Of a DNA stretch of 64,000 nt, positions 36,333-48,833 are shown piece by piece. Both the position numbers and the translations under genes were made by a program. The DNA comes from Octopus sinensis (Eukaryota): the NCBI RefSeq assembly GCF_006345805.1, contig NC_043016.1:5518001-5582000 (forward strand). Reading direction: 5' to 3'. The notes under the pieces are model-generated. The model made no database searches. It was not told the origin of the DNA and saw only the letters and a list, made by a program, of their open reading frames with translations. Each line of letters opens with the position of its first letter. Positions within the stretch are counted from its first letter, which is position 1.

Positions 36333-38702
36333 AAAATGCAACTTACAATCTTCTTTATTTAGTACTTATTTGCAATATATTGACATGTTTCGTACCATCA
36401 GTAAACTTATATTCATATAAGAGTTTACTCAATTCACAAAAGTTTCAGATAAAAAATTTGTCAATATACTGCAAAAAAGCATAACAATGTGAAGAAAATG
36501 TGTCAAAATAATTCCTAAAATGCAACAAATTAAAATTTGCAATTTTTTTTACTTTTCAATAGATATTTCCCCAAGGGATGACTAAAGTCACAGTAGATTT
36601 AAGGATAGGGCATAAATATATGCCCTATCAATAAATCTACTTTACATGAGTTATAAATTAACTCATATATATATATCCAAGATTCTCAAAAGTTTTCATG
36701 CTACAACTGTGTCAAAATATTGCACGTGAATACTAAAAAGCTTCAAATTTGAGTTAGCAATTTTGTTCACATTCTTATGCTTATTTGCAATATTTTGACA
36801 CATTTTTCATCTGAAAATTTTTGTGACTTGTGTGATCTGTTAAATATAAATTTACTGATTGATGATAAGGATATATTTATCGAAGACATCACAAAAATAT
36901 CAAAAGTTTTCAAGATACCTCATGTGTTAAAATATTGCAAATATGTACTAAAAAACAATAAATTGGAATTTGCAATCTTGTTCACATTGTTAGACATTTT
37001 TTATCTGAAAACTTTTGTGACGAGTAATTTCTTCGGTAAATATAAGTTTAGTGATTGATAATAATCTATATTTAGTAAAGTCAGAAAAATATATTATATC
37101 AGAAAAATATAAAACGGAGAAAAAATTGCAGATTCCAATATGTTGTTATTTAGTACTTATTTGCAACATTTTAACGCATTTTCTATCCTGAAAACTTTGA
37201 CATTTTAGTGATCGACATGAGAAATTTAATATTATCTATGAGTTAACCTATGGTTACAAAAGAGATCATTCAAATCACGAAATTTTTCCGATAAAATATG
37301 TCAAAATATTGCAAATAAGCAAGAAATTTTTTTACTTCACAAAAGATTTCAGAAAACAAAATATTTAAATATAAGAAATAAACATGAAAAGCAAAATTGC
37401 TATTTCAAATTATTGTCTTTTAGTACTCATTTGCAATGTCTTGAAACATTTTTTGAAAATCTTTTGCCACTCTCTAGTGATTGTTGTTAAATATAATCTT
37501 ATTATTTATCATATCTTATAATTACCGAAGAGATTACCCAAGTGACAAAAGTTTTCGAAAAAAAATTTTTGAAAACATAAAAAAGTAAACAAAATTGCAA
37601 ATACAAATTTTAATTTTAGTACTCATGTGGAAAAAGTGTTCACTATACAAATAAAAGTAATAAAGTGATATTGCTGATTTAAATTTGTTATTTTAAAACT
37701 TTTTAAGATACCTAATGTATCTTGCAAACAAGTACTAAAAAAACAATAAATTGGAATTTGCAATCTTGTTCACATTAATCTATATTTATTAGTCATCAGA
37801 AAAATATCAATACTTTGTCACATTCTGTTTACTGAAATATTTTGACATTTTTGTGATGTCTTATAATTTGAGGTTTCAGGTGAAAAATTTTGACAAAATA
37901 TTGCAAATAAGCATAAAAATGTGAACATGAACAAAATCAGGTAACTATTATTCACCTAAGAAATTTCTTATTTCACAAAGATTTCAGAAAACAAAATATG
38001 TTTAAATATTGGAAATAAACATGAAAAAGTAAAATTGCTAATTCAAAATTATTGTCCTTTCGGACTCATTTGCAATATCTTCAAACATTTTGTATCATGA
38101 AATTACCAAAGAGATTACCCAAGTGACAAAAGTTTTCCAAAAAATTTCTGAAAAGCATAAAAAAGTAAACAAATTTGCAAATACAAATTTTAATTTTAGT
38201 ACTCATGTGGAAAATGTTTTTCACTATACAAATAAAAGTAATAAAGTGATATTGCTCATTTAAATTTGTTATTAAATTTATCACAAAACATTTGAACACA
38301 TTTTTTATCCTGAAGATGACTGAAAACTATATTGATGAGAAGAGATTGCAAAATATTGCAAATAAACAGAAAAGTGAACAAAATTGCAAATTACAATCTT
38401 TTTTTTTTAGTACTTATTTGCAATATATTGACATATTTGGTATCAGGAAAACGTCTGTCACTTGGGTGATCTCTTTGATAAATGTAATCTTATCAATCAG
38501 TAAACTTATATTCATCCAAGAGTTTACTCAATTCACAAAAGTTTCAGATAAAAAATTTGTCAATATACTGCAAAAAAGCATAACAATGTGAAGATGTGTC
38601 AAAATATTGCAAATAATTACTGAAATGCAACAAAATTGAAATTTGAAATTTTTTTACTATTTCATGTTTATTTGCCCAAGGGATAAATAAAGTCACAGTA
38701 GA
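36333..38702. repeat. AT-rich degenerate hairpin satellite, block 1
   Basis: Recurring AAAATATTGCAAATAAGTACTAAAA and TGAAAACTTTTGTGAC motifs on both strands. 38292-38700 is the reverse complement of about 42130-42560. Confidence 0.8.
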
Positions 38703-38906
38703 TTGGTGACCTGTACGCTCGACATAGATAGCATGTGTAGATAAGGTACCGGTTACTGGAAACTAAAAAAGTCACTATTGGGCTGTGAAGCCTACAGGAA
38801 GCGTATTAAACAATTAGTAATGAGGGCGTTGACCGGATCCATTATCAACGACAAATGGTGGTACGCCCTGAAAGGAGCCATCAAATTTGAGTCAATTAGG
38901 TTTAGC
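38703..38906 (+). mobile_element. Tx1-B fragment (end of APE and linker)
   Basis: GTGYWKLKKS...ALTGSIINDKWWYALKGAIKFESIRFS. Confidence 0.88.
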
Positions 38907-39477
38907 TGCCTCGACGATATATCGTTGTACCGTTTCTTCTTCTTCTTTTCCGGCATCACTGCCTTAGCGCGTGTCGTTGTTGTCGTCGTATTCATGGCGA
39001 CCACCGTCAGCGCACTCGCTCGTGACCGCAATCCGGACGCAATTCGTCGCAGCCGTTTCGAAAGGTGGAGACCACCGCAGAACGACGCATAGGGCGCCGG
39101 ATGAGTCTAAAAGCTGCAGCAGGCCCACCCCTCACCGCTGCCCCTCTCGCCTGCCGTCCTCCTCCTCCGCCGTAGTCGCTTCCATTCGACCCGCACCGGA
39201 GCCCCTCCGCAGCGGCACCGGTGTGTGACAGTAGGATCGCAAACCGTTTTTGCTTCACGAACGTTTCTCCGCGCATTGACTCGTTTGTTTTCGCCTATTC
39301 TCCCGTCGGAGGAGGAGGCGCGCGCGTATACGAACGGCTACCGACCGGTCGAGCCCTACCCGCTCGCCTGTTTTCGGGCTGCCGATTCCTCTTCTTCTTC
39401 CGCTCGGCGGCGGCTTCCCGAGCTGCCGCCGCCGCACTCCGCACTCCGCACTTCGTTTTCACGTGTTGTGTCGGTGA
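38907..39477 (+). other. GC-rich probable 5' external transcribed spacer of rDNA
   Basis: GC-rich non-LINE sequence directly upstream of the 18S start. Identity is inferred from position only. Confidence 0.55.
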
Positions 39478-41028
39478 TACCTGGTTGATCCTACTATTAG
39501 TCATGCTTGTCTCAAAGCTTAAGCCATGCAAGTGTAAGTTCATGCCGTAAACGAATGGTGAAACCGCGAATGACTCAGGAACCGGACCTAATCCTCGGGA
39601 CCGTATTCTTCCACCGTGAGGAGAGTGGATAACAGTGGCAATTCTAGAGCTAATACATGCAACCGAAGCCGCGATCGCAGGTCACACCCAGGCGTCGGGC
39701 TCGAAAACGGCGTTCGGCAGCCGGCTTCGCGGCATCGCCGCCGTTCACCGCCGGTGTCCGCTCGGCCGGTCCGGGGCGGCACACCCGCGCTCGTCCCTTC
39801 CGGTCGCGACGATACGGTCGGCCTTCCGCATTGGTCGCGGCGCAAATATTAGACTGAGACCGACGTGTACGGGCCGTCGCAGCAGCCGCCGCGCCTTCCG
39901 CGCGCGGGTCCTAGGCGTGCGGTGGCTTCACGCACTTCGATTTTGGTTACTCTGGATAACTGTAAGTACGATCGCACGGGCTAGTATCGCACTAGCCTTT
40001 GCGCGACGGGTCCCCCGCGAATCTGCCCTATCAACTGCCGACGGCCCGCTCAGTGCTAACCGTGGTGGCAACGGGTAACAGGGAATCAGGGTTCGATTTC
40101 GGAGAGGGAGTATGCGACACGGCTACCACATCCAAGGAAGGCAGCAGGCGCGCAAATTACGGGGAGGTAGTGTCGAGGCCCCGCGACCGGTATGAGTACA
40201 CTTCAAATCCGTTAACGAGGATCGACTGGAGGGCAAGTCTGGTGCCAGCAGCCGTGGTAATTCCAGCTCCGGTGGGGTATATTAAATTTGTTGCGTTTGA
40301 AAAGCTCGTAGTCGGAATTCGGGTCTCGAAAACGTGCCCCAGCACGTTCGGGGCGACGGCGCCGTCGCAGGCGCGCTTCTGGCGCGTCCGCTTCGGTCGT
40401 CCGTTCGCACTTCCGACCCTATTCGCCGGTGCATGCGAGGTCGGGCCGCGGAGCTATGCTCGCGTCGCCGCCGCCCTGCACCTGTCTTTGCCCACATGTG
40501 TCGTCCGGTTTCACGCCTGCGCGGCCTAGTCGTCGCGCGGGTCGGTGCTGCGCGCACGGGAGCTACGAGGCAGGCGCGTCGTTGAGCGTCGTCGCCGTTC
40601 GCGTTTTAGCGGTAGTAACGCGTCCACCGTTTCGGCCCGCACGGTTCCTCCGAAGTTACTCTGCTAAAAAATTAGAGTGCTCAGAGCGAGCACCACCGGT
40701 TTGCATACGAAAAGCATGGAATGATGGAAAATGGCCTCGTCAGCGCGTCATCCGTCGGTCTCCGACGAGGCAATGATCGAAGGGAGCGATCGGGGCCACT
40801 CGTATTGCGACGTTAGAAGTGAAATTCTTGGATCGTCGCCGCTCTCCTTCGCGTCCGGCTGCCGTCCGCCTCGCGGGGCGGTCGCAGCGTGGTTGCGGAG
40901 TCGCCTGTGGAGCGGCGGCTGTGGAGCGGCGGCGGTGACCCGGTTGGCTCGGCCCGCGTGAGCCCGGCGGCGGCACGCCATCGCGTCCGGGCCAGTCGGT
41001 TGGCGAACGCAGCGCTTCTTAGAGGGAC
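39478..41028 (+). pseudogene. 18S rRNA pseudogene fragment, copy 1 (internal deletions, 3'-truncated)
   Basis: TACCTGGTTGATCCT, GGCTACCACATCCAAGGAAGGCAGCAGGCGCGCAAATTAC, GAGGGCAAGTCTGGTGCCAGCAGCCG, GTGAAATTCTTGGAT and CTTCTTAGAGGGAC. Conserved blocks are deleted and variable regions carry GC-rich expansions. Confidence 0.93.
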
Positions 41029-41517
41029 GGTGAAAATGCTAGGAATCTGGTTAGGTCCAGATCTCCAGATAGAGAAGAATTGGAGCGAGGTGGCGAGAAA
41101 GGTGGCTCTCCTAACTCAGACCTGGTCTGAGCGGAAGCTGTCCTTGAAAGGGAGGGCGGAGGTTGCAGAGGTGTTTATCGCCTTGCTCCGATTCGTGGCT
41201 AGAACGCATGCTCTTGTAAGGCGCTCTATTTGCTGCCAAAAGCCACTGAAGAGTGGGTTAGGGATGTCGTGGCTAAAAATGCGCAGACATGCGCTCAGAC
41301 ATAGCCACCTCTGGTTTTACCTGGACGGTGAGCAGGTATGGTCTCCGTTCTTCAAGCTGTTATTTCCACAGTTCACATCGTTTACCAAACTGAACCCATG
41401 GATCAAGTGTAGATCGAGGGTGGGCGTGTGGCATGTAGACAGCGGGCAACGTTCTTCTATAGAGGGTTAGTAGAGTGTAAGTGTGACGACGTCCTGGGAG
41501 AAACCCTAGGCTTCGAC
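41029..41517 (+). mobile_element. Tx1-B fragment (post-RT region) fused to 18S
   Basis: VKMLGIWLGPDLQIEKNWSEVARK, with several short deletions. Confidence 0.9.
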
Positions 41518-44500
41518 AATAAATTTAAAATAGCAATTTTGCTTTTTCATGTTTATTTCTTATATTTAAATATTTATTTTTTCTGAAATCTTTTGCGAAG
41601 TAAAAAAATTTGTTAGGTAATTAATAGTTAACTGATTTTGTTCATGTACACATTTTCATGCTTATTTGTAATATTTTGACATATTTTATCTGAAAAATTT
41701 CGTGATTTGAATGATCTCTTTTGTAACCATAGATAATATTAAATTGCTCATGTAGATCACTAAAATGTCAAAGTTTTCAGGATAGAAAATGCGTCAAAAT
41801 GTTGCAAAAATGTACAAAACAACATATTGGAATTTGCAATTTTTTCTTTATTTGCAATATTTTGACGCATTTTTTACCTGAAAACCTCATAAATTTTAAG
41901 ATATCACAAAAATGTCAAAAGAATGTGACAAAATATTGTTAATTTTCAGATAAAAAATGTCAAAATATTGGAAATAAGCATAAGAACGTGAACAAAATTG
42001 CTAACTTAAATTTGATGCTTTTTAGTATTCACGTGCAATATTTTGACATATGTGTATCATGAAAACTTTTGAGAATCTCGGATATAACAGTAGAGTTATT
42101 GATAGGGCATATATTTATGCCCTATCCATAAATCTACTGTGACTTTATTTATCTCTTGGGCAAATAAACATGAAATAGTAAAAAAAATTGCAAATTTCAA
42201 TTTTGTTGCATTTCAGTAATTATTTGCAATATTTTGACACATTTTCTTCACATTGTTATGATTTTTTGCAGTATATTGACAAATTTTTTTTTTTGAAACT
42301 TTTGTGAATTGAGTAAACTCTTGGATGAATATAAGTTTACTGATTGATAAGATTACAATAATCAAAGAGATCACCCAAGTGACAGACGTTTTCCTGATAC
42401 CAAATATGTCAATATATTGCAAATAAGTACTAAAAAAAAAAGATTGTAATTTGCAATTTTGTTCACTTTTCTATGTTTATTTGCAATATTTTGCAATCTT
42501 TTGTCATCAATATAGTTTTCAGTCATCTTCAGGATGAAAAATGTGTTAAAATGTTTTGTGATAAATTTAATAACAATAAATTTAATGAGCAATATCACTT
42601 TATTACTTTTATTGTATAGTGAACACTTTTTCCACATGAGTACTAAAATTAAGATTTGTATTTGCAATTTTTTTTACTTTTTTATGCTTTTCAGAAATTT
42701 TTTGGAAAACTTTTGTCACTTTTGTCTTTCGTAATTTCATGATACAAAATGTTTGAAGATATTTTGTTTTCTGAAATCTTTGTGTAATAAGAAATTTCTT
42801 AGGTAAATAATAGTTACCTGATTTTGTTCATGTTCACATTTTTATGCTTATTTGTAATATTTTGTCAAAATTTTTCACCTAATATTTTGACATTTTTGTG
42901 ATGTCTTACAAGACATCACAAAAATGTCAAAATATTTCAGTAAACAGAATGTGACAAAGTATTGATATTTTTCTGATGACTAATAAATATAGATCACTAT
43001 GAATGAATCACTAAACTTATAGTTACCGAAGAAATTTATATTTAAGATCACACAAGTCACAAAATGTCAAAATATTTCAGTAAACAGAATGTGACGAAGT
43101 ATTGATATTTTTCTGATGACTAATAAATATAGATTATCATGAATCACTAAACCGAAGAAATTACTCGTCACAAATTTTTCAGATAAAAAATGTCTAACAA
43201 TGTGAACAAGATTGCAAATTCCAATTTATTGTTTTTTTAGTACTTATTTGCAAGATACATTAGGTATCTCGAAAACTTGTGACATGTTATCATCAATCAG
43301 TAAATTTATATTTAACCAAGAGATTTGCAATATTTGCAATATTTTAACACATTAGGCATCTTGAAAACTTTTGATATTTTCGTGATGTCTTCGATAAATA
43401 TATCCTTATCATCAATCAGTAAATTTATATTTAACAGATCACACAAGTCACAAAAATTTTCAGATAATAAATGTCAAAATATTGGAAATAAGCATAAGAA
43501 CGTGAACAAAATTGCTAACTCAAATTTTGTCACTTGGGTAATCTCTTTGGTAATTATAAGTTATATGATAAATAATAAGATTATATTTAACGAACAGATC
43601 ACTAGAGTGGCAAAAGATTTTCAAAAAAATGTTTCAAGATATTGCAAATGAGTACTAAAAGACAATAAATTTGAAATAGCAATTTTGCTTTTTCATGTTT
43701 ATTTCTTATATTTAAATATTTTGTTTTCTGAAATCTTTTGTGAAGTAAAAAAATTTCTTAGGTAATTAATATTAACTGATTTTGTTCAGGTTCACATTTT
43801 CATGCTTATTTGCAATATTTTGATATATTTTATCGGAAAAATTTCGTGATTTGAATGATCTCTTTTGTAACCATAGGTTAACTCATAGATAATATTAAAT
43901 TTCTCATGTAGATCACAAAAATGTCAAAGTTTTCAGGATAGAAAATGCGTTAAAATGTTGCAAATAAGTACTAAATAAGTTTTCAGATAAAAAATGTCTA
44001 ACAATGTGAACAAGATTGCAAATTCCAATTTATTGTTTTTTAGTACATATTTGCAATATTTTAACACATTAGGCATCTTAAAAACTTTTGATATTTTGAT
44101 ATTTTGACACAGTTGTAGCATGAAAACTTTTGAGAATCTTGGATATATATATATGAGTTAATTTATAACTCATGTAAAGTAGATTTATGCCCTATCCTTA
44201 AATCTACTGTTACTTTAGTCATCCTTTGGGCAAATAACTATTGAAAAGTAAAAAGTGACAGACGTTTTCATGGTACGAAACATGTCAATATATTGCAAAT
44301 AAGTACTAAAAAAAAAAGATTATAATTTGCAATTTTGTTCACTTTTCTATGCTTATTCACAATAATTTGCAATATTTTGTCATCAATATAACTATGAAAG
44401 GTCATCACAAAAATGTGTTAAAACAATACATTTCAAGTAGCAATATTTTTTCATTTGAGTAATCTTTTGGGTAATTATATTTTCAATGACACTTTAGTGA

Positions 44501-45711
44501 ACTCTTTGAAAAATTATATTAACAAATTTTATTAAAGTTTTCAGATAACAAAATGCGTCAAAATACTTCAAATCATCATTAAAAAGTAAACATTATTGCA
44601 AATTTTAATTTAGTACTTATTTGCAATATTTCGACGCATTTTGTATCCTGAAAACAACAAATTTGTATGTCGTCACTTGAGTAATCTCTTTGGTAATTAT
44701 AATTTATCTGATATGTAACTATAATTTATCTGATATTAGATTTTATTGCCCTCAGAATTCAAGATACAAAATGTCTCAAAATTTTGTAAATGAGTATTAA
44801 AAAACAATAAATTTGTATTAGCAATATTGTTCACTTTCTTATGCTTATTGTGACTTTGTGACTTGAATCAGAAGTTAACTGAAAGAAGATTATATTTATC
44901 ACATCAATCAGAAAAATGTCAAAAGATTTGAAAATACAAAATGTGCCAAAATATTTCAAATATTACTAAAAAACAAAATAAAATTTGTAATTTTCTTCAC
45001 TTTTTATGCTTATTTGCAATATTTTAACACATTTTGATTTCTGGAAACTATCGTGACCTAATTGATCCCGTGACTTGGATAAATGTTTACTGAAACTTTA
45101 CAGGATAGAAAATGTGTCAAAATAATGCATATAAGTACTAAAAAACAAGAAATTTAATTAGCAATTTTCACTTTTTCTTATTTGAAAACTTTTGTGACTT
45201 GAGTAAAAATTTAACTGATTAAGATTATATTTATCAAGGTGTCAAAAACTTTTACGGATACGAATTGTGTCAAAATATTGCACATAAGTCAGAAAAATAT
45301 TGCAAAAAAGCAATGTGAACAAAATTGCTAATTAAATCAGTTAAATTATCACTTGTCAGAAAAGTTTTCAGATGACGTCTAAACATAAAAATGTGAAAAT
45401 AATTGCAAATTCCAATTTGCTCTTTTGCAATATTTTGACATTTTGTATCCTGAAAACATTTGACACTTTAGTAATTTGTTTGGCAAATATAATCTTATTA
45501 ATAATTATTGCGAACTCAAATTTGTTGTGTTTTAGAATTTATTTGTGACAAATTTTGTATCCTGAAAACTTTTGAGTATTTAGTGATCTCTTGGATATAT
45601 ATATAATCTTAAAATCAATGACAATTTATATTTACCCAAGGGATCATACAGATGAACGGTCAGTATAGCAGAACTGTATTTTAAATGAAACTACGAGTTT
45701 TGGAGGGTCTC
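41518..45711. repeat. AT-rich degenerate hairpin satellite, block 2
   Basis: Same motifs as block 1; local inverted repeats, for example 43365-43465 and 44935-45050. Confidence 0.8.
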
Positions 45712-45771
45712 GTAAGCCATTCCATTTAATTCATTACAAATAATTCCTTATTTGCTTATAATAAAGATAAT

Positions 45772-45941
45772 AGTAGCGACACCTGCTGGTTCTGACTATG
45801 CTGCATTGATAAAGTGCAACAACCCTGAAACGTCTGACTAGCAAGTGAAGCGGCTGACCTCCCCTGTTCGAAGGTTGTAATGGACGCAAGTAATGGAGCT
45901 TATCATCGACAGCTTTAGTCTTATATTTAGAATGCCATATT
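45772..45941 (+). repeat. old degenerate relative of HH-C
   Basis: GCGACACCTGCTGG...GCTGCATTGA...GAAACGTCTG...TGACCTCCCCTGTTCGAAGG...AGAATGCCATATT aligns by eye to 24335-24550. Confidence 0.65.
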
Positions 45942-46041
45942 NNNNNNNNNNNNNNNNNNNNNNNNNNNNNNNNNNNNNNNNNNNNNNNNNNNNNNNNNNN
46001 NNNNNNNNNNNNNNNNNNNNNNNNNNNNNNNNNNNNNNNNN
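45942..46041. other. assembly gap (100 N)
   Basis: Run of exactly 100 N. Confidence 0.99.
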
Positions 46042-46770
46042 AGGTACCGGTTACTGGAAACTAAAAAAGTCACTATTGCGCTGTGAAGCCTACAGGATTA
46101 AATAATTAGTAATGAGGGCGTTGACCGGATCCATTATCAACGACAAATGGTGGTACGCCCTGAAAGGAGCCATCAAATTTGAGTCAATTAGGTTTAGCTG
46201 CCTCGACGAATATCGTTGTACCGTTTCTTCTTCTTCTTTTCCCGGCATCACTGCCTTAGCGCGTGTCGTTGTTGTCGTCGTATTCATGGCGACCACCGTC
46301 AGCGCACTCGCTCGTTGACCGCAATCCGGACGCAATTCGTCGCAGCCGTTTGGAAAGGTGGAGACCACCGCAGAACGACGCATAGGGCGCCGGATGAGTC
46401 TAAAAGCTGCAGCAGGCCCACCCCTCACCGCTGCCCCTCTCGCCTGCCGTCCTCCTCCTCCGCCGTAGTCGCTTCCATTCGACCCGCACCGGAGCCCCTC
46501 CGCAGCGGCACCGGTGTGTGACAGTAGGATCGCAAACCGTTTTTGCTTCACGAACGTTTCTCCGCGCATTGACTCGTTTGTTTTCGCCTATTCTCCCGTC
46601 GGAGGAGGAGGCGCGCGCGTATACGAACGGCTACCGACCGGTCGAGCCCTACCCGCTCGCCTGTTTTCGGGCTGCCGATTCCTCTTCTTCTTCCGCTCGG
46701 CGGCGGCTTCCCGAGCTGCCGCCGCCGCACTCCGCACTCCGCACTTCGTTTTCACGTGTTGTGTCGGTGA
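46042..46770 (+). other. Tx1-B fragment (46042-46198) plus probable ETS (46199-46770), copy 2
   Basis: Near-identical to 38745-39477; offset about 7293 bp. Confidence 0.85.
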
Positions 46771-48321
46771 TACCTGGTTGATCCTACTATTAGTCATGCT
46801 TGTCTCAAAGCTTAAGCCATGCAAGTGTAAGTTCATGCCGTAAACGAATGGTGAAACCGCGAATGACTCAGGAACCGGACCTAATCCTCGGGACCGTATT
46901 CTTCCACCGTGAGGAGAGTGGATAACAGTGGCAATTCTAGAGCTAATACATGCAACCGAAGCCGCGATCGCAGGTCACACCCAGGCGTCGGGCTCGAAAA
47001 CGGCGTTCGGCAGCCGGCTTCGCGGCATCGCCGCCGTTCACCGCCGGTGTCCGCTCGGCCGGTCCGGGGCGGCACACCCGCGCTCGTCCCTTCCGGTCGC
47101 GACGATACGGTCGGCCTTCCGCATTGGTCGCGGCGCAAATATTAGACTGAGACCGACGTGTACGGGCCGTCGCAGCAGCCGCCGCGCCTTCCGCGCGCGG
47201 GTCCTAGGCGTGCGGTGGCTTCACGCACTTCGATTTTGGTTACTCTGGATAACTGTAAGTACGATCGCACGGGCTAGTATCGCACTAGCCTTTGCGCGAC
47301 GGGTCCCCCGCGAATCTGCCCTATCAACTGCCGACGGCCCGCTCAGTGCTAACCGTGGTGGCAACGGGTAACAGGGAATCAGGGTTCGATTTCGGAGAGG
47401 GAGTATGCGACACGGCTACCACATCCAAGGAAGGCAGCAGGCGCGCAAATTACGGGGAGGTAGTGTCGAGGCCCCGCGACCGGTATGAGTACACTTCAAA
47501 TCCGTTAACGAGGATCGACTGGAGGGCAAGTCTGGTGCCAGCAGCCGTGGTAATTCCAGCTCCGGTGGGGTATATTAAATTTGTTGCGTTTGAAAAGCTC
47601 GTAGTCGGAATTCGGGTCTCGAAAACGTGCCCCAGCACGTTCGGGGCGACGGCGCCGTCGCAGGCGCGCTTCTGGCGCGTCCGCTTCGGTCGTCCGTTCG
47701 CACTTCCGACCCTATTCGCCGGTGCATGCGAGGTCGGGCCGCGGAGCTATGCTCGCGTCGCCGCCGCCCTGCACCTGTCTTTGCCCACATGTGTCGTCCG
47801 GTTTCACGCCTGCGCGGCCTAGTCGTCGCGCGGGTCGGTGCTGCGCGCACGGGAGCTACGAGGCAGGCGCGTCGTTGAGCGTCGTCGCCGTTCGCGTTTT
47901 AGCGGTAGTAACGCGTCCACCGTTTCGGCCCGCACGGTTCCTCCGAAGTTACTCTGCTAAAAAATTAGAGTGCTCAGAGCGAGCACCACCGGTTTGCATA
48001 CGAAAAGCATGGAATGATGGAAAATGGCCTCGTCAGCGCGTCATCCGTCGGTCTCCGACGAGGCAATGATCGAAGGGAGCGATCGGGGCCACTCGTATTG
48101 CGACGTTAGAAGTGAAATTCTTGGATCGTCGCCGCTCTCCTTCGCGTCCGGCTGCCGTCCGCCTCGCGGGGCGGTCGCAGCGTGGTTGCGGAGTCGCCTG
48201 TGGAGCGGCGGCTGTGGAGCGGCGGCGGTGACCCGGTTGGCTCGGCCCGCGTGAGCCCGGCGGCGGCACGCCATCGCGTCCGGGCCAGTCGGTTGGCGAA
48301 CGCAGCGCTTCTTAGAGGGAC
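46771..48321 (+). pseudogene. 18S rRNA pseudogene fragment, copy 2
   Basis: Same ORF track and deletions as copy 1, at offset 7293. Confidence 0.93.
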
Positions 48322-48833
48322 GGTGAAAATGCTAGGAATCTGGTTAGGTCCAGATCTCCAGATAGAGAAGAATTGGAGCGAGGTGGCGAGAAAGGTGGCT
48401 CTCCTAACTCAGACCTGGTCTGAGCGGAAGCTGTCCTTGAAAGGGAGGGCGGAGGTTGCAGAGGTGTTTATCGCCTTGCTCCGATTCGTGGCTAGAACGC
48501 ATGCTCTTGTAAGGCGCTCTATTTGCTGCCAAAAGCCACTGAAGAGTGGGTTAGGGATGTCGTGGCTAAAAATGCGCAGACATGCGCTCAGACATAGCCA
48601 CCTCTGGTTTTACCTGGACGGTGAGCAGGTATGGTCTCCGTTCTTCAAGCTGTTATTTCCACAGTTCACATCGTTTACCAAACTGAACCCATGGATCAAG
48701 TGTAGATCGAGGGTGGGCGTGTGGCATGTAGAGAGCGGGCAACGCCGTGGGCGGGGGTACTACCTCGTTCTTCTATAGAGGGTTAGTAGAGTGTAAGTGT
48801 GACGACGTCCTGGGAGAAACCCTAGGCTTCGAC
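48322..48833 (+). mobile_element. Tx1-B fragment fused to 18S, copy 2
   Basis: Same GAGGGAC|GGTGAAAATG junction as copy 1. Confidence 0.9.

Noticed and set aside
39221-40981. Arg/Ala/Pro-rich ORFs over the ETS-like and 18S sequence (also 46514-48274 and 61548-62806)
   Set aside because: Stop-poor GC-rich rDNA frames with no protein motifs.
39478-41028. Functional rDNA unit
   Set aside because: Conserved helices are deleted, the 3' part of 18S is missing, and no 5.8S or 28S is visible.
41010-41040. Site-specific insertion of the LINE into 18S (R-element style)
   Set aside because: Tx1-B 3' ends in this window are followed by TC repeats, not downstream 18S, and LINE sequence also lies upstream of the rDNA block. 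It is not fully excluded, because the 3' flank of copy 3 is outside the window.
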